Notes: generated by a model from the letters alone, not told the origin. Positions 52,732-64,000 are shown, counted from the stretch's first letter. The stretch is 64,000 bases of DNA from Epiperipatus broadwayi (GCA_028023455.1 JAQFVV010000002.1:30504001-30568000), one strand, 5' to 3'. Numbers and translations are program-made.

Positions 52732-52947
52732 ATTAAAACAGGCAGATCCAAGGCTCCTCACTGATGAAAGCCACAAGCTAGAAACTAGTCTGAGGATATT
52801 AGATGAGTAGGCACTAGATAGGGATTTTATGCACAAGCCTTCTGGCATCCATTGATTACTCTGGCTTGCACTATTATATGGAGAGTTTTGCCTGTTTTAA
52901 TAACAGTTATGAGCAAGCATAAGAAATGGTGATCATGTGATGTTTTA
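52732..52947 (+). mobile_element. HHR-1 copy with a 13-bp inverted left arm
   Basis: attaaaacaggca at the left end is the reverse complement of the internal tgcctgttttaat; ends at gatcatgtgatgtttt. Confidence 0.87.
52746..52804 (+). ncRNA. Type I hammerhead ribozyme, family HHR-1 (best copy)
   Basis: Stem I TCCTCA(52755-60)/TGAGGA(52791-96); CTGATGA 52761-67; stem II AGC-CACAA-GCT; GAAA 52781-84; palindromic stem III ACTAGT; GTC triplet with predicted cleavage after 52790. Confidence 0.9.
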
Positions 52948-53089
52948 ACTGCTGTATAAAGTATATAAAAAAACATAATTAAGAGAAAGAAATAAAATAC
53001 AAAATAATTCTTTCAAAATTTTAATAATAAAAATAATATATAATAATAAAAATTCAATAATAAAAAGTATAACATTTAACGAACTTTTG

Positions 53090-54815
53090 GTCAAATCTTT
53101 GAAATTTGACTTATAATTTGTTAAAACTATTTGCAGCAATTCTATGAAAAACTGATTGGTAAACTGTGAACAATATTTTGACTTCACGAACTTCACTGCG
53201 GAGTACCAAAAACTGAAGTTAGACAGCAAGAAGTTTTCTTTAAATGGGGATATTTTGCTTTTAGCACTAGTTTCCCAAATTCAATTAGAGAATTAGATTT
53301 ATGATGCATTTGCAATATCTGATCCTCTTTCACCTCTCATAAACTCGAATTCCCCAACCACTATTTCGACAAGTATTATTTCGGAAATTGGAAATCTATC
53401 TTCAACAATATCACAAATAAATAGATTCACAAAATAAGCAAATGTGGATTTAAAAATTTTCAAATCTTCAAACCTACATTTGAACTCCGTTTACAATCCT
53501 TTCAATTTTTCTTTTGTTTCATCTAATTTTTCTTTTGATATTAAGTAAATTTGCTTTTATAAAATATTCTGGACTTAAAATCATGTACAAACAGTTGAAG
53601 TTTAGCTTCAAAACTAAATACAGTTTGTGACAAATCACTAATCATTTTTCTGTTTTCTTGTAAAGCCAAATTAAGTGTTTGCAAATGTTCCATAATGGGT
53701 GTAAGGAATATTAAGTCAGAAAGCCAAGTTTCATTTTCTAATTCTGGATATTTGTTTTCCTTTTTTTTAAAAAAATGTCATGATAGGATTTGTAAGTTGA
53801 CAGTCATATTATAACAGACCATAAGCGGAGATCATGGGGCAATTCATATGTTTCATCATTAAACTTTTCTAAAAAGTTCTTAAATTGACGGTGCATTTTG
53901 GCATTTGTTCTAATTAAATTCACAATCTGCAAATCAATCTTCCACACATTTTTGTCTTTTAAGCACTTCACTATGATGCTAGTGGTCAATTATGCAATGA
54001 AAAGGTATAACACATGGAATTTTAGGTCAATGTTTAAAAAATCAATAAGACCCCAGGTTTTCTCCTATAATTCCAAGAGATCTGTCAGTCACAACATTTA
54101 CAAGTTTATCACAAGGCAATTCCAACATATTTATTACATCATTAAGGATATTTTGCGAGTTGTTTTGGTAAGAGCTAGTAGGTCTAACATTTATTCCTTC
54201 ACATTTATGTCCATAGCGGACAAAAACAACCAATTGTGGAACATCCTGAATGTCCGTAGACTCGTCGAGAGCTAAACTGAATGCTATACAATTTTTCAAA
54301 TCACACATCAAACTATTTTCAAAATTTTTACTAATTTCACCAATATGACACTCAGTTGTACAGTGTGACTTAGGAATTTGTATGATCAATTTATATAGCT
54401 TTGTATTATCCAGATCCAAAACTTTAACCACTTCTTCCAAGTTTCTTTTAATAAATTCCACTTCTCCATATAGTTGAATAGCATGAACAATATTCCAAGC
54501 TATCAAAAAATTAGCTTCACTGGCTCTATCATCTTCATGACTAAAGGAAGACAAGAGTTAAAGACTTGATTGTAATGACGAAAGTTTCTCTGTTCGCAAT
54601 TTTGAATTGGGTGGATATGGAGTTGGAAAATGGGGACGACTTACTTTGTAATGCTGACATAAACTGCTTATTTTAAAGTTTGCAATTGTAACTTTACAAA
54701 TAAGACCCAATGACTTTCCATTATTGTCAATAAAAGCAAATTTTTCTACTCATTCTTTCTGAGAGCCTCTATTTTCTTATCTGTATTTTCATTTTTTGAT
54801 ATTTTCTGATGTCAT
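53090..54815 (-). pseudogene. Degraded hAT transposase (GTF2IRD2/SPIN-Charlie-like)
   Basis: FSLALDESTDIQDVPQLVVFVRY, an N-terminal C2H2-like remnant and C-terminal KFVKSKYCSQ; many stops and frameshifts. Confidence 0.85.
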
Positions 54816-54840
54816 GTTAACAAAAAATTTAAATAAATTT

Positions 54841-55458
54841 CAGCACAAAATACGTCTATTGGTGATTATTTATCTTTTCTACATGTGTGTGGTCATGTGT
54901 ATCAGTAGTATGAGATAGTGTGGATAGTTGAAGGTTGCTTGAAAGTCTGAGTTCAAATCCCCTACATTTACAATTAAATTCCAGGTATAAGAATGCCTGT
55001 ATTTCAAATCGTACACATTAAGCCTGCATTCTGCCTATCCCTCTTCTATGTATTTAAATGGATACTGTCCTATACATGAGGGGTCAGAGTGACTTGAGGT
55101 CAACATGGGCATAAAAACAATATTGGTATCGGCATGGGATTTGGGCATTCTATCATCAGATTTTCAATGGTATGGATGGTTGAGGAGTTGGAGTAGATTG
55201 AAGACTGTCCATTAAAGTATAAAGATTTGCTATCTTAATACAAACTGAGCACTGATTATATATATATGCGTGAGAGATGGTAATCTGGACCAACTGATGA
55301 GTGCTGGTTCAGCACGAAATACGTACATTGGTGATTATTTATCTTTTGTACATGTGTGTGGTCATGTGTATCAGTAATATGAGATAGTATGGATAGGTGA
55401 AGGTGAGTTCAAATCCCTTATATTTACTATTAAGTTCCAGGTATAAGAATGCCTGTGT
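54841..55458 (+). mobile_element. HHR-2 element, 469-bp unit with ~140-bp terminal direct repeat
   Basis: cagcac-(g/a)aaatacgt...gaatgcctgt at 54841-55000 and 55310-55458. Confidence 0.8.
55282..55336 (+). ncRNA. Type I hammerhead, family HHR-2
   Basis: AATC-TGG-ACCAA CTGATGA(55294-300) GTGCTG-GTT-CAGCAC GAAA(55316-19) TACGTA CA TTGGT-GATT. U16.1 is C in this copy but T in the upstream partial copy (TACGTCTA, 54851-58). Confidence 0.8.
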
Positions 55459-56123
55459 TTCAAATCTTGTAAATAATTAAAATCAAAATATCTAATGTTA
55501 ATTCTTGTTTTAAAAGATTTATAAATGGTGCAGCAAACTGTTGAAAAAATAGCCTTCTTAAAATAAAATAAAAACAATTTAAAATAATTAAAAGCAATTT
55601 TGGACTATATTTATTTTGGTTGATATATTCCTGATAATTCTTAAACGTCTGTTTTATTAATAACAACCACCTAAAATAGAAACAACATAACCAAAAACAA
55701 GCAAATACTTTACAGTTTTAATTTCAAGAGTTTCTTTATATAATTGTTTAAAAAGAATATGAAACTCTAAGGGCACTAATTATAAACAATTAAAATGTTT
55801 TTTGAAATTTCCTACATATATCTTTAGAAAGCTTGCAATGAACCTGGAAATAGATTATGCATCATAAACAAGTTTAAATTGCTTAATAAAATAGACTACT
55901 TATCAGATTTTTTAAAAAAAATATAAAATAGGACATTTAGCTGATAAAAAAACGATCACTGAAATATATAAACACAAATCATAAATATACACGTGATCAC
56001 TCCATATGCACATGGAATAATTTTTATAAGATTTGGCAGATGTCATTAACGTATACAGTTTGCCAATATATTTGAAAATATTATGTACTTACATATATAA
56101 TGTTTGTAACAAAATAAAGTCTG

Positions 56124-56210
56124 AACCTACCCTGACACCTCTCTGAGGAGTGCCAAAGCACGAAATATTGCCAAAGCACGAAACCATGGTCAGGGGTTTG
56201 GGGAAAGGTT
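56124..56210 (+). ncRNA. Type I hammerhead, single-copy family with an internal duplication in stem II
   Basis: ACCTCT CTGAGGA(56143-49) GTGC-CAAA-GCAC [GAAATATTGCCAAAGCAC] GAAA(56180-83) CCATGG TC^AGGGGT. Confidence 0.78.
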
Positions 56211-56496
56211 CCTGACAGAGATATTTTAAGTGCTGGCTCTGGCTAAGCATTTATCATAAAGCTTGAAGAGGAATTGGCAATCCTCACTGTTTATAACTTA
56301 CAAGCTTAAGAGATAGGGTCATGTGATCTATGAATTGATCTATGACTCTTATTTTGACTATTCAAGTAATAAAAATGTTTGATAAAAATTTCTACCATAT
56401 TACAAATTTTTTGTGCAATTAAAAAAAATCTGAAATATTAAAAATAAAATCGGATTTCAATGAGAGTCCACCATTGCTATACATTATTAAAAATGA

Positions 56497-56763
56497 AACC
56501 GCTAAACATCACATGATCACCATTTTCTGTTTATAAAAGCTGTTAAACCAGTGTCAGATTCTCCATATACTCAGACAGTGCAAGTCATAATAATCAAAGG
56601 ATGCAAGAAAGTTTGTGCATAAAATCTAAGACTCTTCACTGATGAAAACTAGAAACTAGTCTGTGATATTTGATAAGTAGGTACTAGACAAGAATTTTAT
56701 GCACAAACTTTGCATCCATTTATTATTATGATATGCCCTGGATGGCACTACTGTATGGAGAGT
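56497..56763. mobile_element. HHR-1 fold-back joined to a LINE fragment
   Basis: Core CTGATGA-AAACTA-GAAACTAGTC at 56639-61 (stem II collapsed); the LINE follows tatggagagt. Confidence 0.8.
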
Positions 56764-56765
56764 GT

Positions 56766-57873
56766 AGCTTGGATGAATGGGAGAAAAAATTGATAAATAA
56801 AGCAAAGAACAGAAAGGGATTGATAAAGAAATTAACAGTGTTTTCGTATAATAAATATGATGTAGCTAAAATTGTATAAAAGGGAGTGGCAATAGCAGGG
56901 TTAGCATATGGTAACAATGTATTATGTGTTAGTAAAGGGGTGTTACATTACTTAGAAAAAGTACAGAGAAAAGTAAGAAGACATGCGTTAGATGCAGATG
57001 TGTGGATGACAAAGGAGGCAATTCAAGAAGAAATGGGAAGGCTAAGTTTTTATATGAGAGGTGCAAAAAAAAAAAGTAAAATGAAAATGTTCTGTAGATT
57101 GCAATTTATGGATAATAAGAAAATAGCCAAAATAGTATTTAATTGGTTTATGAGTAAAGAACAGGCAACAAGATGGGTGAGAAAGGTAGTATGATATACA
57201 GAAGATTTGGATAAAGACTTTATTGTCAGTATATTTATATAAAAGGTGGGATGATTGTATTAGGAAAAATTGTTGAATGTTATAGTGTCAAGAAATGGCA
57301 TAGAAGAATAGGTGCATTAATAAAGAATAGGGAGTTGGAAAGATGGAAACTAGTATGTAGAGTAAAAAGAGTTTAAATATATATAAAGTAAACAGAATAT
57401 TGGGCGCGAGTTAATTTATGATAATAGCAAGGAAAGTAGTTTACTATTTAAGGCTCGAATAGGATCTTTAGAAATAAGCGAATATACACATAAATGGAAA
57501 AATATGGGAGATTTAGTCTGCAAGTTGTGTAAGGAAGACATAGAAAATATTAGGCATTTTTAATTGAATGTAAATGATGACAAACAGAAAGAGTACAAAT
57601 AATGAAGTTGTGGGAGAATAAATATAAACAAAGTGATTATACAGAAAGTGTGTTATTGGTTTTTGTGCTAGGTTTTGGGAAAAGATAAGGGAGATTTAGA
57701 TATAAAGGCCATGGAGTTGACAAAGATTATGTTGTGGAAATGGGATGGAGCAGGATAGAGAAGAATATGGGAAAAACTTAGGATGGGGAATGAAAAGGAA
57801 GATAAGGTGGCTAACAGGTTTCTTTGGGTATAGTGCTAAGAGATTCAGGAGAAGCCACAGTTCATCGCATCAC
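56766..57873 (+). mobile_element. Same LINE, longest copy in the window, degraded
   Basis: Colinear with 2548-3592; tail catcgcatcac. Confidence 0.85.
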
Positions 57874-58204
57874 GATATTAAAAATGTATGCCATTGCTGC
57901 CACTGTGGCATGTCAATAGTTCAAAGATAGTAATAGTCCTTTTTTTCCTCAAGGAAGCAATTATCAATTTACATCCATAAAACAAAATTTCTTCTTCGAC
58001 TTCTTTATTGCTTTAGCAATTATTCTTATATATCAGTTAAACAAATACTCCTTTCTTTATACACTTTTTACAATAATACTATCCCTAGGTATATTGGTTT
58101 AAAACATTTCTTTTATAAAAATTAATGATATTATATTAATAATAATGTAATTATAAAAAACAAATAGAGAGGGAGGTATTATTCAAAGTTAAGTAATTAC
58201 AGAA

Positions 58205-58340
58205 ATTTGGGTTCTTAGTTTTTAGGCCGGGTTTGGAAAAAGATAAGGGGGATTTAGATATAAAGGCCATAGAATGGACAAAGATAATGTTGTGGAAATA
58301 GGGTGGGAGCAGGAGAGCAAAAAATATGCAAAAAACTTAG
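58205..58340 (+). mobile_element. Internal fragment of the same LINE
   Basis: ggaaaaagataagggggatttagatataaaggccatag matches the other copies. Confidence 0.7.
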
Positions 58341-58344
58341 TCTT

Positions 58345-58640
58345 TAATTGAAATCACTATAATATTTTCAATGCAAGCTCATTAGCCCAGATAATCATAT
58401 AGTTTTGTAGTTGAGATAAAAGATGGCTGCTGGAGGATTGTATTATATCCTAAGATCTAGGTGCAGTGCTCTCAGATCCAAGGCTCCTCACTGACAAAGG
58501 CCACAAGCCAGAAATTAGTCTGGGGATATTGGATGAGTAGGCACTACATGGGTATTTTATGCACAAGCTTTCTGGCATCCATTGATTACTCTGGCTTGCA
58601 TTGAGTGGCAATACTTATAGAGAGTTTTGCCTGTTTTAAT
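58345..58640 (+). mobile_element. HHR-1 copy, core CTGACAA
   Basis: GGC/GCC stem II; GAAATTAGTC at 58511-20. Confidence 0.85.
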
Positions 58641-59658
58641 TTTTCCTAATGATAAATGATCTCTTTTCTCATATGATGCTTATAATGCATATTTGATTTT
58701 TTCCTATTCCAGTCCACTTTTTAATTTATTAAGACCCTAAATTGTGTATATATCCATGTTCTGAATGTTGGGGGGGGGGGGATTCAGTCTTAGAATCTTT
58801 AAAACTTGTTGAGCATGCTTTTGAGAATCTTAGCATCATATATACCATTCTGTTGTCCAAAAACCAAAAAATGAAATATTTAAATTAGTCATTTACATAA
58901 TGTCCACCTTATTTAAATATCACAACACACCCTGCATATTATGAGTGCTACGATTCTGACCGTAATAGTCGAAAGCAAACTCAGCAAGTTTTAAAGATTT
59001 TAAGACTGAATAATCTTTTATTTTTCAAACATTCAAAACTTTGATATATACACATTACAACTAAAAGAAGTAAAGAATAAACTATTCGAATTAATACCTA
59101 AAATGTTGACCTTTTCAAGCTATAAAAATCTCTCACAACACCGAAAATACCAAATCACATTATTCCTCTCATTAAGCGTAATCCTGTGATTATCAAAAAG
59201 CCATGATAAAAATGGTGTCACAAAATGGCGTTATGTCACAAAAAAAACCTTGAAGTATTCTCTCATCATATGTATTTAATTTCACAGAGAATACATGTGA
59301 AGACTTATAAAAAGTAAAGATTGATTTTAGAAAAGAATCAAGACTATCAATTTAAGATAAGTAGTTGATATTAAGAGCTGAAAGTTAAAATATTTTATTC
59401 TGAAAGAGAAATAAAAAAATAAAATAGTTTGGGTTAGTTCCAAACATCTACAAAACAAACGTTATATCAACTAAAATAAAATAAGACCTTCAAATTGATA
59501 AGAAGTTTTGCAACAAGAGAATATGTATCAAAAAAATACAGCATACAATTATGATAGGTAAAAGTATTATCATTTAGCTTCAATAGTCAAATATAGAGAT
59601 ATTTCAGGAAAGACAAAAAAAAAAAAATTATAATAAAATGATTAGTTAAAACAGTAAT

Positions 59659-60917
59659 ATGATGTGATGTATTGTGGCTTCTTCTTAAACAAAGTCAAGA
59701 ATATCTCAGCAATTATATCCAGATAAACCTGTTAGCCACTTTATTTTCCATTCCCCACTCTAAATTTTACCATATTCTGCATCATCCCATTTCCACAACA
59801 TAATCTTTGTCAACTCTATAACCTTTATATCTAAATCCCCTTTATCTTTTCCCAAACCCAGCATAAAAAACAATAATTCACTTTCTGTATAATCACTTTT
59901 TTCATATTTATTCTTCCATAACTTCATTATATGTACCCTTTCTGTTTTCAAGCATTTACATTTAATTAACAAATGCCTAATATTTTCTATTCCTTCTTTA
60001 CATAATTTACAAAATAAATCACCCATTTTTTTCCATTTACATGTATATTCTCTTGTAGCTAAAGATCCCGTTCGAGCCTTAAATAATAAACTACTTTCCT
60101 TACTATTATCATATATTAACTCACACCTAATATTCTGTTTATTTCTATATATATTTAAACTTTTTTTACTATCCATACTATTTCTCCATCTCTCTAACTC
60201 CCTATTCTTTATTAATAAATCTATTCTTTTATCCCATTCCTTACTACTACAACACTCAACAGTCCTCTTAACACAATCATCCCATCTTTTGTACAAATAT
60301 ACTGATGTGATGTATTGTGGCTTCTCCTTAAACGAAGTCAAGAATATCTCAGCAATTATGCCCAGATAAACCTGTTAGCCACTTTATTTTCCATTCTCCA
60401 CTCTAATTTTTCCCATATTCTGCTCCATCTCATTTCCACAACATAATCTTTGTCAATTCTATAACCTTTATATCTAAATCCCCTTTATCTTTTCCCAAAC
60501 CCAGCATAAAAACCAATAATTCACTTTCTGTATAATCACTTTTTTCATATTTATTCTTCCATAACTTCATTATATGTACCCTTTCTGTTTTCAAGCATTT
60601 ACATTCAATTAACAAATGCCTAATATTTTCTATTCCTTCCTTACATAATTTAAAAAATAAATCACCCATTTTTTTCCATTTACATGTATATTCTTTTGTA
60701 GCTAAAGATCCCGTTCGAGCCTTAAATAATAATCTACTTTCCTTACTATTATCATATATTAACTCACACCTAATATTCTGTTTATTTCTATATATATTTG
60801 AACTCTTTTTACTCTCCATACTATTTCTCCATCTCTCTAACTCCCTATTCTTTATTAATAAATCTATTCTTTTATCCCATTCCTTACTACTATAACACTC
60901 AACAATTCTCTTAATAC
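59659..60917 (-). mobile_element. Two head-to-tail 3' fragments of the same LINE
   Basis: ORFs 59760-60341 and 60430-60951; tails at 59659-71 and 60303-14; joined through atcagtat microhomology. Confidence 0.87.
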
Positions 60918-61437
60918 AAACTCTCCAGACAGTAGTGCCACCCTGTGGCAAACAGAGTAATCAATGGATGTTAGAAGGTTTGTGCATAAAATCCCTATCT
61001 ATTGCCTAGTTATCCAGTATCCCCAGACTAGTGTCTAGCTTGCTTGTGATTTTCATCAGTTAGGAGCCAAAATGTATAAATGCTGAACTAAGTTCAGATC
61101 TGCATAACTGTACAAGCGAATTTGAAAACATTATTGTTTTCATTTTAAATTTGTAGCTTTATAGTTAACTAAATAGATAAAAGGTGGCTGCTGGGGGTTG
61201 CATTAGATTCAAAGATCTAGGTGCAATGCTCTCAGATCCAAGTCTCATCACTGACGAAAGCCACAAGCTAGAAACTAATCTGGGAATATTGGAGGATTAA
61301 GCACTAGACAGGAATTTTATGCATAAACTTTTAGCATCCATTGTTTACAAGGGTTTGCACTGGGTGGGCCTTAGGGTATGAAGAGTTTGCGATTATTTAA
61401 TAGCTTGTGTATGCATACAAAATGGTGATCATGTGAG
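60918..61437. mobile_element. HHR-1 fold-back, left arm joined to a LINE
   Basis: Minus core 61012-68 (GACA for GAAA), plus core 61236-93. Confidence 0.85.
61236..61293 (+). ncRNA. HHR-1 hammerhead (N7=C, ATC triplet)
   Basis: CTGACGA 61251-57, AAGCCACAAGCTA, GAAACTAATC 61271-80. Confidence 0.7.
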
Positions 61438-61564
61438 ATCTTGGTAAGCATGTTTCCTGAAGTAACAAGTTGATCTTCGATCTAAAAATCCTTAGTGCTC
61501 AGTCTGACACTAGCATTGCCCTCCCCTGTGCATGGCAAAAGTGAGAAATGTTTATGACTAGTCT

Positions 61565-61960
61565 TCTTAGTGTTAATAAATGGCTATGAAGCATGGACTT
61601 TAAAAAGAAAGATAAAAAAAAACAACCTGTTTTTGAATTATAGTATTAGAAAAAACTATTTAGAATTCCGTGTACAGCAAAACAGGAGAAATGAATACAT
61701 ATTAGAAAAAAAAAATCTCATTGCTCATGGTCAAAATATTGAACGAGAAATTATAACAATTTGGACATATTATGAGAGCTGATTTATTGGAAAAAATACT
61801 GATGCTTACTAAGTCTGGAAGCAATAATATTCATTTATGAAAAGCATAAAAGATATAATAAATCTAAAGTCATTGAAATGGATAATAAGAACATCAACAC
61901 ATTATGAAGAATAGTAGAGAATGAAGTGCTTTGCAAATGGAATCGTCAGAAGATAACATA
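61565..61960 (+). mobile_element. RTE-like LINE fragment
   Basis: LINGYEAWTL resembles the YGxExW motif downstream of RTE reverse transcriptases. Confidence 0.55.
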
Positions 61961-62297
61961 ACTACAATAAGTATAACAATAAAAAGTTCATATATAAATG
62001 ATTCATTATCTCACTTTACTATACCCATTACACAAATTTATGTTAATTGCAAACATTAAAATTTGAATTTTTGATTCTTCTAATAAACTTGTCACAACTA
62101 GATTTCAAAAGCTACATTATAATGCCTTAATTAAGAGTAAGTAGAGTAATTTCTGACCAAGAAACAAACTTACTGCATTATATCAATATTCAAAACCATT
62201 CACCAGATTTTCATAGTTATAAAACTCTTATAGATGTCTCTATTGCTGTTAATGTGGAATCTTTTCAAGTCTTTTATATATAAAAACCATCAAAAGA

Positions 62298-63045
62298 CCA
62301 TATGATCACCATTTCATATGCGTACACATGCTGTTAATAAGAGTATTAATTTCTCCTTACCGTAATGCCACCAAGTGTAAACCTTTGTAATCGATGGATG
62401 TAAGGTTTGTGCATAAAATCTCTATCTAGTATCTACTCATACAACATCCCCAGATTAGCTTCTAGCTCGCGGCTTTCATCAGTGAGTAGCCTTGGATTGT
62501 GAGCATTGTACCTAGACCTTAGGATCTAATGCAATCCTCCAGCAGCCACGTGTTACTTATTTAGTTAACTATAAAGCTAGGAGACCAAGATGAAAACACC
62601 ACAAAGTTTCCATCCAAGTTCATTCATTTACATAGTCCTATAGATCTGAACTCAGTTCAGCATCTATACATTTCCCCATAGGATAATGGTGACTGCAGTT
62701 TTTAAAAATCCAAAGACACCAAAAATGTACAGATGCTGAACTGAGTTCAGACCTATATGACTGTATAAGCTAATGAGCTTTAATTGAAAACATTATTGTG
62801 TTTTCATTTTGGACTCAAATAATTAACTAATAAGGTAAAAGATGGTTGGCTGCTGGAGGGTTGCCTAAAATATAGGTGCAGTATTCTCAGATCCAAGGCT
62901 CCTCACTGACTAAAGTCACAAACTAGAAACTAGTTTGGAGATGTTGGATGAGTAGGCACTAGATAGGGATTTTATGCACAAATCTTCCTGTATCCATTGA
63001 TTATGAAGGCTTGCACTTGGTGGCACTACTGTATGGAGCATTTAG
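62298..63045. mobile_element. HHR-1 long fold-back element
   Basis: Minus core 62439-97; plus core 62891-949 with an AGT/ACT stem II. Confidence 0.85.
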
Positions 63046-64000
63046 TAGTGTTTTATATATTTTGAAATCGGGGTTAAGACATCAGTTTATCTATTATCAT
63101 CTTGTCCAGCCAACTCTTTCTCTCTTAATTATTTCAATATTCTATCATCCACATATTTAGCGTTCAATTCCTCTTCACTACAATCAACAAATATCTCTTC
63201 AATAATTAATTGTTGTGTGAAATCTTTATAATCTCTTCTATTGAATGTTACAATTTCAATACACTGTAAAAAACGGTAAAATACACCTATTAAAAACAAT
63301 TCTTTTTATGCACGCAGGTATACTTCAATACCAAAAGTATTCCAGCTAAATTTAACAAAGTAAATGTACATACGTATATATGAATTCATACCTACATGTA
63401 AATATACATACATCATGAAAATATAACTGTCTTTAATCTTTTTTTTTAATATAGTACAATTAAAATTAACAAAAAAATTCACTAACCTTACCTTATAATT
63501 TTATAAAATATATTATAAATCAAAATATGATTTACAATAAAAATAATAAGTAATCACAATTGTTTACCAAATAATTATAGTAACTTTAACTCTATGGCAA
63601 CTCGAGTCATTAATCCGTTACAAAAAGAGAAAAATAATTGAAGTTAAAAAAAAGGCAAACAAATAAACAAAATTATTTAATTATATTATTTTCAAAAATT
63701 TACAAACACGGAAAAAATTGTTTACACATTTAAAATTATCTTTCATTTTCTAAGATTATTTGTTTACACACAAAAAAAAAATAGGTCTATTTTATCGATT
63801 ACTTTTTCCGGTTGAAAATTTGATTTATTAGATTTTTATAAAGAATAATCATATGCTAATTTACATTAATAAAACAAATTTATAAAAACATTATATATGT
63901 ACAAAATATTTAAAAAAAATATTCGTAATTTATAAATATTAATACTAGTATGAAAAAGTACTATACTAAATTACAAATTAGCCTTTAGAACTACATATTT

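Noticed and set aside
2271-62000. Most short ORFs in the supplied track (e.g. 5960, 11931, 16014, 38400, 42471, 46873)
   Set aside because: They lie in HHR repeats, inverted repeats or AT-rich sequence and show no recognisable protein features.
63060-63265. Possible minus-strand exon after a ttttttacag acceptor (CIEIVTFNRRDYKDF...)
   Set aside because: Short, unrecognised and not linkable to other exons; could be the B9D2 5' UTR or transposon debris.
1-64000. Autonomous Penelope-like element (RT plus GIY-YIG) as the mobilising partner
   Set aside because: No such ORF or motif was seen in this window, so the partner remains unidentified.

Overview
AT-rich animal (probably arthropod) genomic DNA. 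One conserved gene: B9D2, a ciliary transition-zone protein, on the minus strand with three coding exons (50257-50170, 36809-36684, 31800-31487) that splice in frame to 175 aa. The rest is mostly mobile-element debris, dominated by small non-coding elements carrying type I hammerhead ribozyme (HHR) motifs. Family HHR-1 is a ~454-bp circularly permuted, retrozyme/Penelope-pLTR-like unit with about 28 complete or partial ribozyme cores here (consensus ATCCAAGGC-TCCTCA-CTGATGA-A-AGC-CACAA-GCT-A-GAAA-CTAG-TC^TGGGGA-TATTGGAT). Its stem II shows compensatory changes and many copies are head-to-head fold-backs. At least five other HHR or HHR-like families occur, one with an apparent A3-U8 swap of the C3-G8 core pair. 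A non-LTR retrotransposon is joined five times to the same site of HHR-1, about 100-105 nt downstream of the predicted cleavage site. Also present: RTE LINE 3' ends, degraded hAT and Tc1/mariner transposases, a tRNA-like sequence and a 60-bp minisatellite. All coordinates and alignments were made by eye, repeat boundaries are approximate, and no ribozyme activity has been tested.
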